This document shows, one piece after another, positions 54,701 to 64,000 of a stretch of DNA of 64,000 nucleotides. Under the pieces are notes generated by a model, which made no database searches, was not told where the DNA came from, and saw nothing but the letters and a program-made list of their open reading frames with translations. The stretch is from NCBI GenBank assembly GCA_047495785.1, contig JBLDXI010000032.1, positions 1,426,001 to 1,490,000 of the forward strand, read 5' to 3'. The stretch is from Lepidodermella squamata. Lineage: Eukaryota > Animalia > Gastrotricha. Within the stretch, counting starts at the first letter, position 1. The number at the start of each line of letters is the position of its first letter. Made by a program: the position numbers and the translations under genes.

Positions 54701-55091
54701 AGAAATACTGCTCTGCGAGTCGTCACGAACACCGTCTTTCGCCGTATCGAACATTTTATTTTCAGAATTGATGATGTTACATGTATGTTCTGTGGTAACG
54801 TTACTCCTCTGAGCCAGTTAGCCTACCATATTTCTTACGACTGTTTATCTGTTGCTGGCCACGACCCTGCAAGGCTGCTTAGTGCTGACAATAGAATTGT
54901 AAAAAATACCTTAATTTTCTTCAAACGTCTGGAGAAAATAGTTAGCACAGCCATTCAAACTACTGTCTGAGGATTGGCAAATTACCTTTGACAATAGGGC
55001 TTTCCTCTGCCCAATGATCTAATTTGCTTTCTAGGGATCCTGAGGTTCCCTAGTTATGAGGGCAGGCAGGCAGGCAGGCAGGCAGGCAGGC
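51234..55091 (+). mobile_element. Non-LTR retrotransposon (APE-RT-CCHC), truncated within ORF1, with (GGCA)n tail and 13-bp TSD
   Basis: TSD TGGCAGATGTCCA at 51221-51233 and 55092-55104; (GGCA)7 at 55061-55088; hairpin at 55031-55053. Confidence 0.93.
51767..54970 (+). CDS. LINE ORF2: AP endonuclease, reverse transcriptase, C-terminal CCHC
   Basis: WNIHSG, VET, VGDFN, SVIDY, SDHFP (APE); KAPGPDG, NYRPLSLL, QFGF, DFTKAFD, GVRQGDVLGP, YADD (RT); CMFC...H...C. Uninterrupted over 1066 aa. Confidence 0.97.
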   Translation, partial: VLLKTSDWNFSILFWNIHSGLKAENHMKTLKQFLIFALVETFGTEPKSISGYAIFSAPPVRDINTKSISGGMTVAIRKDLKPSLLFSNESIILVRVQAKLLRGVNTIMGLFIVYNRPYSATSQIQVLEKITSLHDTYSSTYDVPLLVGDFNIRIGNQSETLTDDEAFYPLAPRRSKDTSVSTSSVVKHFFSMCNHMSCYVANGRCSGDRQGEFTFVGHNGQSVIDYCLLPPDLLASKFSTFSVRQDIINSDHFPIAYYLKSDEITFKQTSASTSYTKVHFDSGAFHNHLLNTDIDSFADNLPQMPNDALRSTLDLISNFATRGHIPYDTKIIEADSTRPDVGDHVNFCLYRKQANASRKMRRILNRNKEISVINSDKTKRSLWVAFKTAPLSPQNQPQMHEWVEFFGELYRNRNVVSPPLELTTSDPILDAPLTIDEVKMAIELQKAGKAPGPDGITAEFMQHSDLNVSFFSKTLFKIFEPCFLSYTLPSGLNLSLFCTLFKKGDSSKPDNYRPLSLLSVIYKTYSTILKLRLEKWCRIHSIIPEEQFGFEKGLSRLHAAFVLQSLATYQIHVRGRMLFICLIDFTKAFDCVPHNRLIWKCQRLGISSSFAKRLNSLYSDAKAKVRVGSKLSIADIAIERGVRQGDVLGPLMYNLYTADLPLHLAENAKNLSDIPKLLSTKVLCVLYADDSTPTATNAVDLQIQIDAMSTYSTREGLSPNPGKTKVIIFSQAPVSPDRYSFNMNGVPLKVVKSDFYLGVPISSDLSWFEAIENALTRGNSCYNALSSHRIKLSMIERNNLDTLFCSKIEAAMLAGSELWGLFAPSRVAKLDSVCYKYYKRARDIPYNASSLSTGFVMGLIPPSLKAKLNAVKFTCELTKCANPLVNDAFSFYFHSRPKMGVLNPIHATRKFLLSYNLPPDFWFMRDPAVMEQFFNLVKDCYVSELSVKFHNKYNASYLLARDGYFGISKIFENYPPDLRNTALRVVTNTVFRRIEHFIFRIDDVTCMFCGNVTPLSQLAYHISYDCLSVAGHDPARLLSADNRIVKNTLIFFKRLEKIVSTAIQTTV

Positions 55092-55190
55092 TGGCAGATG
55101 TCCAAGAAAAGCTGGGCTCCTTGGCGACGAAGAAGATGTCGAAGCCAGAATACGTCTATCATCTGCGGCCTTCGGTAAAATGAATAAGCT
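55092..55190 (+). pseudogene. Older decayed RT fragment that served as the LINE insertion site
   Basis: With frameshifts reads WQMSK/KLGSL/LGDEEDVEARIRLSSAAFGKM, the KxLGS...I..RI..A..AF motif that follows the RT core in RTE-type LINEs. Confidence 0.65.
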
Positions 55191-55605
55191 AATAATGAAT
55201 TTATTTTACTTGTGATGGCGGCTAATCCAGTTGCTTTGCAAACCTGCATTTCACAACTCTTATTATGTTTTATGTTGTAAGGCATTTCGTGGGTTTTCCC
55301 GCAACGACTGACTTGCTATACAAAAGTATCTCGGGATTTTAACAGAACGCAACGAGCGTCGCGCATTTCCATTTTTAATTATCACTTCCACGAGTCTTAT
55401 CTTCAGTGGCATCTATGTTGTTGCTTGTTGCAGCGTTACGCGTGGCATGATATCTGGTGGATTCGATTTTCAATTTGTTTAGATTATCTCAATTGCATAT
55501 GGAGTACTCATCATTGGTTAATTTCTAACTTCAGTACTTGATATCTTAACTTGGCCGCCCCTTAGTGCGTTACATTGTTGTATTTTGTATTCCGTTGGCT
55601 GAAAC

Positions 55606-57284
55606 ATGGCTGCACCATTGCCGTTGGCTGTCGTTGCGGTGGGAGTTGGTGGTGCAATTGTTGGAGCTGCGGCCTTAATCTCTGGTGCTACTGTAGCTAC
55701 GATTGCATTGGTGAATTTGATGAATCCTTTCCATCCTGATGAAGAAGATCTTGTCGCTAATTCGAGTGACCAGCCTGATTTGTGTGACATCAATTTATAC
55801 TTCGTTCAGCTGAAGTTCTCCAGATCTGCCTTCTTGCACACTGCGCTCTACGTTGAACGCAGTTCATCAGCTGATGCACGTAAAATTCGTTATTTCTACG
55901 AAGTCAACGGCGCTGATGCTGGCATTTGCGAAGTGTTGCATGCTGTTAACGAAAAGGTGGAGAGTATTCTGAGTGAAAAAATCCTGATTGCTTCCTTAGC
56001 AGATTACTCATGGAACATGTTCCTGTCTCGCTTTCTAAAAAAGCAACGCCTGCCATTTTATTCGTTGTTTGATCAAAATTGCAGTCATTTTTGTCTGCGC
56101 ATCTTGGATTCGATGAAAAATGATTTGAAAAGTGGTGTTAATTTGGAAAAGGTCGAGGAAGTGAAAACGTTTTTGCTGAAAACAATGGGTAGAGATAACA
56201 TAGCCCGAGGCGCATTTTATCCACTAGCTACTGCACTCAATCGTTCAGATGCTTCGAAGGGCTTTGGTGGTTCAAGCAAAAAATTATTACCCGTTACATC
56301 CGCGAGCGTTGTCTTCCATTTCTGCCTGAAGGTCGACTCTTTTGACGCCGACATAAAGAATCGCCCGAAGTTAATGGTAGATAAGGCAAATGCTGATCTA
56401 GTCGGTAAACTGAAGAAGTCTCTGATCACCGATTTTTCATCACTACTCCCTCCGTCTTACTTCAATTGCTGTGATAATGAGCAATCATGCGACTGTCCGA
56501 AAAAAGTTCTGGTCAGACTGATAGAAAGCGGCTCGGCAAATGGAGTTCTATTGTTCGGACCCCCAGGCATAGGAAAATCAGCCCTAATTGCTGCTAGCTG
56601 CGCCGCTGTTTCGAACGATTTCGTCGTCTTCAAAATCACGAATAGCCTCATTGAATACTCCATGTCCGACGCAAGAGACCGTATTCAGCTTTTGCTGGAC
56701 ATGGCTCAGTGTTATGCCCCATCAATCCTAATTTTTGACGACGTTGAGGACCTACTAATGGACCCTCAGACTGCTTCTATACTGCGAAGCCGCCTTGACT
56801 TGTTACAATCTGAGTCGCATCGTGTTGTTATTTTGGCGAGTTCGACTAGTCCTTGGAGCCTAGAGCACGCTCTACTGACCAGATTTATTCCTGTTTATTT
56901 GAGGTTTGATCGTCTTTAATTGCATTCAACTCATTTATCTCTAGTTTTCCTAATTTTAGATTGCCTTCGCCAGTTAAAAGAGCTAAAATGCTGAAAGTAT
57001 TCACTTCGAAAACTCGTGCTGACGACGAGCTCTCATTCGAAGATTTATCCGATTTGCTGAAAGAGTATTCACCACGTGATCTTGCAAATTTATGCAAACT
57101 GGTCAAAGCTTCCGTCAATCCGCCAGATTTTATGAAAGCATCTGATTTTCACGCTGCTGCTCGCATCGTCAAGCCTACTATTTCGTCCAGAATGCGAGGA
57201 GTTTACGACCAGTGGGCTGAGAATCGTGACACGTCTACCTTATTGGACATTCCTGAAAAGGCTGGAAATCCGCCTCCTTATTAG
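55606..57284 (+). CDS. Hydrophobic N-terminus + H-box/NC (LRAT/PPPDE-like) domain + Vps4/spastin/katanin-type AAA ATPase; intron 56904-56959
   Basis: FLHTALYVE (H78), YSLFDQNCSHFC (C159); Walker A GVLLFGPPGIGKS; Walker B ILIFDDVE; VILASSTSPWSLEHALLTRF; Vps4_C-like DFHAAARIVKPTIS...YDQW; ends NPPPY. Confidence 0.8.
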
Positions 57285-57480
57285 TGATTTCTAACTTACC
57301 ATGACTTCTTTTCTTCCTTCAATCAGGGTGATATATAATCATATTTATTCCTGTCTTCCTCCTTGAAACTTACAATTTTGGAGTATTTTTTTGTTTGATC
57401 GCTGATAAAATCAATTATTTGCTGATTGCTGAGATGTTTTACCAATAAAATTGTTGGAATATCAGATTTTAGACCACCGA

Positions 57481-59897
57481 ATGGCGAATTTACTAAATAT
57501 TGTAACATTGGCGTTCCTGTTTTGCAACTCAATATTTGCCGAAGATGCGGTAGAAGAAGGAAGTACTCGCATGCCAACTCTTTGTGAAGGTATAAAAATG
57601 CTTAAAAACATTCGGTTTTGAGGAAAATTTATTATTTTTCAGTCTGCAAGCACTTTACCCATGAACTAACGGATCGGCTCGCCGAAACCGGAAAAACATC
57701 TGAAGTTTTACGTTCTGGTCACGGTTTAGACGCGAGTAAGCGGCAAAAAGCTGTTCAATACAAGAAAAGCGAGTTGCGATTGATTGAATCGCTTCACGAG
57801 CCTCATATCTGCGACCGGTTTCTAACTTACGATGTTCACAAGGAAAAACAAGGCAGCCACCGGTACTCGCGTGGGCGAAGTGAAACTATGCAAACCCTTC
57901 ACGACCTTGTGTAATTTATTCTCAACTTTAATAAGCAAGCAAGCAATGTTTTATTCGATCAAAAAAGCAGACTAGCACCGGCCACCGGCTTTGGGCGCGT
58001 CCTGGAATATTTTCGAATCAACATAATAAATACAGACAAATATATATGTATACATACACGTGCATAACATATAGTTACAATATAAGTTATAATACATAAT
58101 ATAAGGTTATAATACAGATAGTTCTAATCATGACGTGGGAATTCTAAATGAATTGGCGAAGACAGAAAAGAGAGGACAGGAAAATTACGCATTAATTGGG
58201 GTCCCCTACGAAGCAGAAGGCTTCAAAGCAGGGTAAACGCACTAAACAGTCTTCCCAGTAGGCGCTCAGGCTTAGCCTCTGATTTTCAACCAATGGACTA
58301 ACATGATGGTCTGCTATTCTAGCTTTCCACACCAAAATTTGAGGAACGTATGTCATGAAAACTCCGTAATGTAGCTCAGACCTCAATTTGGTCGAAAAAG
58401 TCGTTTTTCGAAATTTTTCCAAAATTCATAAGCCGGGCTCTTAAAGTTATGATGAGCCCATATGCAGAAAATTACGCAGAATTTTATCGTAATTAATTCG
58501 ATTTATTGTTGCGTGGCGTTTGCACCGCTTTTCGGGTTTATATTGCTTTGAAGCCTTTTACTCTGTGGGGGACCCATTAATTGTTATTACTGTTAGGGTA
58601 GACGTGTAATTTAAGAGCGAGTCGGTAGTTAGAAGTTATATGTAGTTGAGATGTGTGACAGTGCGATATTGTTGACGGATTTGCAAGTTACTATGGATTC
58701 GATAATTGAATTGACAAAATTATTAACATTATGATTGATACTATCGAACGAGGCTAGTTGTGTTGGAGGAGTGTGGTTCGGGATAAATTTACATTCAATA
58801 TAGAGGTGGCATATTAGATCTATAGTATCTTGGAAATTTCTAATAGGCGTAGCTAGCGAATCACCATGTTTAAGACAGAAAATGCATTTTAATCCTAAGT
58901 TATTGATATAGCAAAAGGGTTTATGAAGAGAGTTTGTCCTAATCATACTGAGTATCCTAATACTTATTTTTCACCGACCAAAAAGCATTTTGAGCATTAG
59001 AATATAGCAGCAATTTGTCGAAATTTTCGTCTGTAAAAACAGGATTTTGGTATGTAGTTTTTAAATCATTAGCTATAGATTTTGTTGTTGTTTGTTATCC
59101 ACACTTCGTACCACTTTCCAAGATGAGCCAAACCCTCAAATTGAGAAGTGGCGGTGAAGATGTTGGCGCCCCCAAGTTTTTCGACATCACTTTGTAAATG
59201 TTTGAAAATATGGCGATATACATTTTAATTTGCGTCAATAATGTCAAAGGCAGTTTTGATAAGCACATGCTCGTTCTCAAACTTGAGTCGTAGAAAATAC
59301 CTGACGGCTGATTTTGTGAGGACTAGTTCAGGTGGATCGAGGTAGAATTCGCGATTTACTAGTTCATTCCTGGCAGAGGTTGGAATTCGACAAATTTGTT
59401 TCACGAAATGGGTGTTAAATGAGAAAATTTTATTCTTTTTTGTCTGGCCCCGGAGGCCACTGGCATAAGTGTAGTTGCCGATGACGTATGAGTTGTGTAA
59501 AATATTAAATGTTTAAATACTTATCTTCCAACTTTAATAATCCATAATCAAAATCTATTTCTGAATAGGAAGCGTGGAACTAAGGTGGATATTGGCATTC
59601 CTTACGAGTTGTGGGACAAGCCTTCAGTTGAAATCACCCACCTTCAAAAGCAGTGCTATCGCTTAGTCGAACAACACGAAGATGATCTCGAAGAGTGGTA
59701 CATGGATCATTACGACGACGCCTCGGACAATAGCCAAAAATCACTTCTCGAATGGCTTTGCCGAGATCGGGTCTTGCGAAAAGGCGATTCAAGTATGAAA
59801 AATATCAGTTATTTATTTTCATTTATCAATTGAATATATTTTAGGCTGTCTCGTTGAACCGGAAGATGAGGAGAAAACAAAAAAAGGCGAACTCTAG
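57481..59897 (+). CDS. Canopy family ER protein (CNPY3/CNPY4-like); exons 57481-57589, 57643-57910, 59569-59792, 59845-59897
   Basis: Signal peptide; CE|VCK...ETGKTSEV...YKKSELRLIE...HKE...SETMQTLHDLV|KRGTKVDIGIPYELWD...LQKQC; C-terminal KGEL (KDEL-like). Confidence 0.92.
57935..59528 (-). mobile_element. 5'-truncated decayed LINE in CNPY intron 2 with 12-bp TSD
   Basis: TSD CAACTTTAATAA at 57923-57934 and 59529-59540; minus strand YTYASGLRG...KQICRIPTSARNELV...AVRYFLRL and CIFC...HLYIEC; 3' end AATAAA then (TTGC)3. Confidence 0.85.
58191..58581. mobile_element. MITE-like element with imperfect ~40-bp TIRs nested in the LINE 3' UTR
   Basis: attaattggggtcccctacgaagcagaaggcttcaaagca versus reverse complement of the right end attaatgggtcccccacagagtaaaaggcttcaaagca; TTAA at both ends. 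Confidence 0.7.
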
Positions 59898-62800
59898 TGA
59901 CTTATTATCATGTACCTATTGTTGATTTTGATCTCTTCCTAGCTCAGTTGCGAAAAAATAGATCTTTCATGCCGGCATTTTAGTACGAATTTGATGAATA
60001 AACAACACTTGATAGCTTTTTTCAAGTATCGTCCGTGTTATTTTCCGAGTGTTGATTGATTGCTGATGAGTTCAAAATCTCAAATTGCGCCATATCGAGT
60101 AAACAAATAATATTCAGATTTTTTAATGGCCCACCTTAATTTTTTCAATTTAAAAATTCAAATTTTTAATCAAGTTGGCAATATTTTTTGTTGTGTAAAT
60201 CACCAAGAGAAATATTTTTCCGAAAAATATTACGTAATGACTCTTAGGCTATTGAATTGAATGCGCAACAACAAAATGGTGCTAATAGTACAAGTGTGAA
60301 CATCGGAAATTGAGCGCACCTGTAAAATACGCGCGCGCGCGCTCATCGGCGCATTTTCTACTCCGCATATAAGAGCCGAGAGCGAGAGAGTAAATTGTCT
60401 CGCCTATTATCGGACCGCATGTCACCATACATTGAAGCATACTGTATTATGTAGCTTCGCTCTTACTACTGAAATGTTTTGCCGCAAACAAATAAATAGT
60501 CGCACCTAGCGAATCAAGCGGCTAAACACATCAGCCATTTCGCAGTGCAACTCTGTAATACAGTAATATATTGTTGTAATTTGCAGCGATTACTACGCTT
60601 AATTTTTTGACCTTTTACCTGATAGCTGCATGTTACCTATGTTTATTCGCAGCCGTGTTTGTTCCTATCGACGCTGCGTCTTGTTGTTGGATAAATTGTT
60701 GTTGTGAAAATAAACAGCACAGCATGGTAAAAACCGCCTCGGAATATCTTCAAAAATCATTAGCCAGCTAAAAATCGACTGTTTTTCGTTTCGACACGTT
60801 TTTCATTTCATTGTTTGTTTTCATTGCATCGGCCAGGAATAATATTGCCCCCTAAAAAAAATTTCACAAGTCCTCTGAGTAATTCGCGCCGGACTTTGAG
60901 TTTAGTCAGGGCAGCGTTAACAAGTGGCCGCGGCATCAAAAAATAATCACATTTTTACCTAATTTCTATGTACGAGGTTTTCTAGGGTGTAGTGGTTGTA
61001 AAACAGGACGGCGGCGCGGCTAGTTTTTCGGAAAAAGTGCGGCTATTTTTAATGTGCGCAAATTGGCGGGCCAATATGTGTCGCGCGCCGTTTTGCATTA
61101 TTTAGATCACGCACGCTCTTTGGCGCAGAATTGCATGCGAGCAAAACACTTTCGGCCGCCATTCACTATATGCGGCTAAAAAGCGCACACGTTTCGCGCG
61201 CGGCCCGTTTTACTGCTGTTTTGCCTCTGCCAACAGAAATTAGGCACCCTCGTGAAAATAATAAATATTATTACTCAGCGATTAAATCAGTCTCGCAACT
61301 CGCTCATTTTCTACCTCATTTTCTCTGTCCACCTTCTAATTTTCAAGAAAGAGCCAATTTTAGTCACTCCACTATTTTCTTTACTTTTGTCCAGGCGAGA
61401 CAAACTTTGAAATTACTACAAAAAACGCCACACCTGATGGTTTAAAGCATAACAAAGCTTAACTTAATTTCTAGCCTTTAATGTATTATTTTTAAAATTA
61501 TAATTTTTATTAGAAATCCCACTCAACACCACAATATATTTGGCGTGGGAATTGTTTAGACAAAATTTTGCAATTACTCGAAGAAAAAACACGTTTACCC
61601 CGGAAATAAATTCTCTGATCAAGAGATTGAAGTTTAATAGGTAATTTCGATTTTAAGTCCATCTTATTTTTTTCTAAACGGGTGCATGTCGTAAATCAGT
61701 GAAATTCATTGTTTCCAATACGCTCAAAAATATTCCGATTTTGTTACTTTTCTCTTGACCATCGGTACAAATTAGGCGTATTATTTTTCTAGAAATTAGA
61801 ACGAACTTGATTTAGGTAAGGATTCGATTAGCTGGCCATCGCTTAGCAAAAGAGGCCCATGAGTATGTCCCTAAAGTTTTTCAGTGTAGGCTAGCTCTAA
61901 CGGCGTACCTCTTCAGCTCGTTTCGTCAACTTCTAGAGTTAAGGACACACAAAACATCTTAACAACGTACCTAATTTGTCGAATACTACAACTATCATCG
62001 ATTTTTCAATTATTACACAGAACTCTTGGCATTCGTATTTATTAATAGGTAATGTGTTGTTATTAATAAATTTCGGCCCCAGCAGCAGAAAACGTGCGAT
62101 GAGTTTGTCGTGGAGTAGCGAATAATTTTGAACACGCATCCTCGGCGTTGTATAGGTATATAAATACACAATATTAATAAATAATCGTATGAAAATCGCC
62201 ACGCGCGCGAGTCGAAAAGGTGTTTTATGGCAGGGGCGCGGCGCGTCTCGCCACTGGCCAAAGGGCCAAAATTTCATCGGCGACGGCGGCAGCGGCGGCG
62301 CTTGTAGTAGTATGCTTTTTAACTTTCGATGACCACACTCACGCGCACGGGAGAGATACGCCTGCTATAAAGTTATGTCGCTGTGCTGGCACTCGAGGTG
62401 ATTTTTCGGCCACTCAATAATTTTACAGGCCCTACAGCGCCGGAGTAATCAAAGGTTGACCGCACGCGACGCCACGTCGGCTCGCCCTTTTCTTCACCAC
62501 TTGTCTTGCATAACGAGCTGCTGTTAATCGCAAAAATAATTTTTCATCCATCTTATTATTTTTATTAAGCTGTTTTGCAAATTTGCGATTTCCTGTTTTG
62601 AGCAAAAACAATCAGGCCTTAGTGTTTTTCATCGTGGCTAGTAATAAAAAGTCGGTAGTAGGTCACGACCTGTCTGCTGTGCGCGTGCCACGGTGAGTTG
62701 CGGCTACTAATAAAATGAAGATGATGAGTCGTTTCTCATCTTTGCCCTCATCTTTTGTGACCGCGCGTAGATACACCCATTTTCGCGTCCATTCCGCTTG

Positions 62801-64000
62801 TTGGTAGCTTACCAAGAATGATGATGATGATAATGTATCATTATTATCAAATTATGGAGCAGCCAGCAGCTTCTGTTGTTCAGGCTCCACTCGAACATAG
62901 AGCTATAGCTAACAACAAGGAGGCTTTTTGCTCAACAGTCTGCTGGCGCATCTTCATCGTCGCCGTCGCCATTATGGTTATATAGTATATTTACTCCCCC
63001 TACTCCCCCTTGCACTATTATTATTATTTACTGCTTCACTCTCGGTTTTTATTACGGCTCGCCTCTGATTTCCTATCTGCCTCTCTCGCTCGACAATTAG
63101 TGAAAAATTTATAATAATGTTTGCGCCCTGGCGGTCATTGCCCGCCGCCTTAATCAAATTCCTTTTGTGTGAGTGAGACGACGGCTGGGTAGAGACAATG
63201 CGCGGCGCATCTTCTCGAGAATCAAAAGTTCACATCGGCGTTATAATCTAGTTTCCTCGCCCTATATCTTGTCATCATCGCGTATTATTTGCCGAACTTG
63301 GCTAAACGTTTCGCCCTCATCATCAGTAGTGCACTGCTCGAGTCAACAGTCGGCCGAAATTTTCTAGGAGGCTGAAAAATTTCAATTTTCGCTATTTATT
63401 TGTTAATTGTTTATAAGATGTCGCTTAATAATTTTGCTGCGCGCTGCTAATACTTGACGGCGTAAATAATAATAACAATAAATGATTTTTATTTATTTAT
63501 TTTGCCGTCTTATTGTGGTGAGAAAAAATCGACTAATAAAGAAAGCGCTCACTTACCTAATATTTGTTGTTATTGCTCAGCTATTTTTGTGCACCTGTAT
63601 ATTTGCCACACCCCAATTTTTCGCGGAAAACACTTAAGCGCCTGATTAAGTTTAGCGCCTAGCGTAATGACCCAGATTTGAATTTTTGCTATTTTACGAA
63701 ACCTCTAGATCGACCATTGTTATAGTATACCCGTTTTAAAATTTTATGATCGCTCGGTTGAGTAAAAAAATCTCCATTGTTAACCCCTATTGATCGCTGC
63801 TTAGCGGCACCAATCTAGTGCCTGGGGCTTGATTTAATGTCGGTGCCAGTTTTTTTTGGTAGCTATAGATCGACTTGAGGTGAAAGTTGTTCAACAATGT
63901 AGCAGCGTCTTTATTATCGCCTTCGGTGACGTTATTTGTCATTCGATAGCGTTTTGTATACATTGGTATTAAATTAATTTTCTTGCACTGCTGGAATAAC

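Noticed and set aside
55606-56919. Viral origin of the H-box/NC + NTPase fusion (calicivirus/picornavirus-like order)
   Set aside because: The ATPase is a classic cellular AAA with a Vps4_C-like helix, not an SF3 helicase, and the gene has a spliceosomal intron.
60063-60090. CTGATGAG...CTCAAA hammerhead-like string
   Set aside because: No GAAA and no flanking stems.
60000-64000. Short ORFs in the last 4 kb
   Set aside because: Low-complexity, no motifs or traceable exon chain; probably regulatory or intronic DNA of a gene outside the window.
1-64000. CRISPR arrays, rRNA, tRNA or prokaryotic systems
   Set aside because: None seen; the sequence is spliceosomal-intron-containing animal DNA, and most short antisense ORFs are shadows of real exons.

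Overview
Gene-dense eukaryotic (invertebrate animal) genomic DNA with mostly ~50-bp GT-AG introns; the species cannot be named from sequence alone. Conserved genes in order: 3' part of a FASTKD/RAP-domain gene, symplekin, a membrane astacin-EGF-SEA protein with a degenerate active site, an ARHGAP17/44-type BAR-RhoGAP, COPS4, MPC2, an ISOC1/2-type gene, PRPF31, Chibby, SLC25A10, ARPC1 and a CNPY3/4-type gene. Between them lie a GPCR birth-and-death zone (two class A paralogs in a local duplication, one with a nonsense codon; a GABA-B-like class C receptor; several pseudogenes) and transposons: a young non-LTR retrotransposon with a 13-bp TSD nested in an older RT fragment, a second truncated LINE with a 12-bp TSD in a CNPY intron, two MITEs, a Penelope-like GIY-YIG fragment and a hAT remnant. 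Best candidates for novelty: (1) an intron-containing gene fusing a hydrophobic N-terminus, an H-box/NC (LRAT/PPPDE-like) domain and a Vps4/spastin-type AAA ATPase ending in PPPY; (2) operon-like co-directional gene pairs with poly(A) signals a few tens of bp from the next acceptor/ATG; (3) a LINE whose ORF1 and ORF2 are in frame across one TAG, with no AUG before the first endonuclease motif. All homology calls are from motif recognition by eye; no searches were run.
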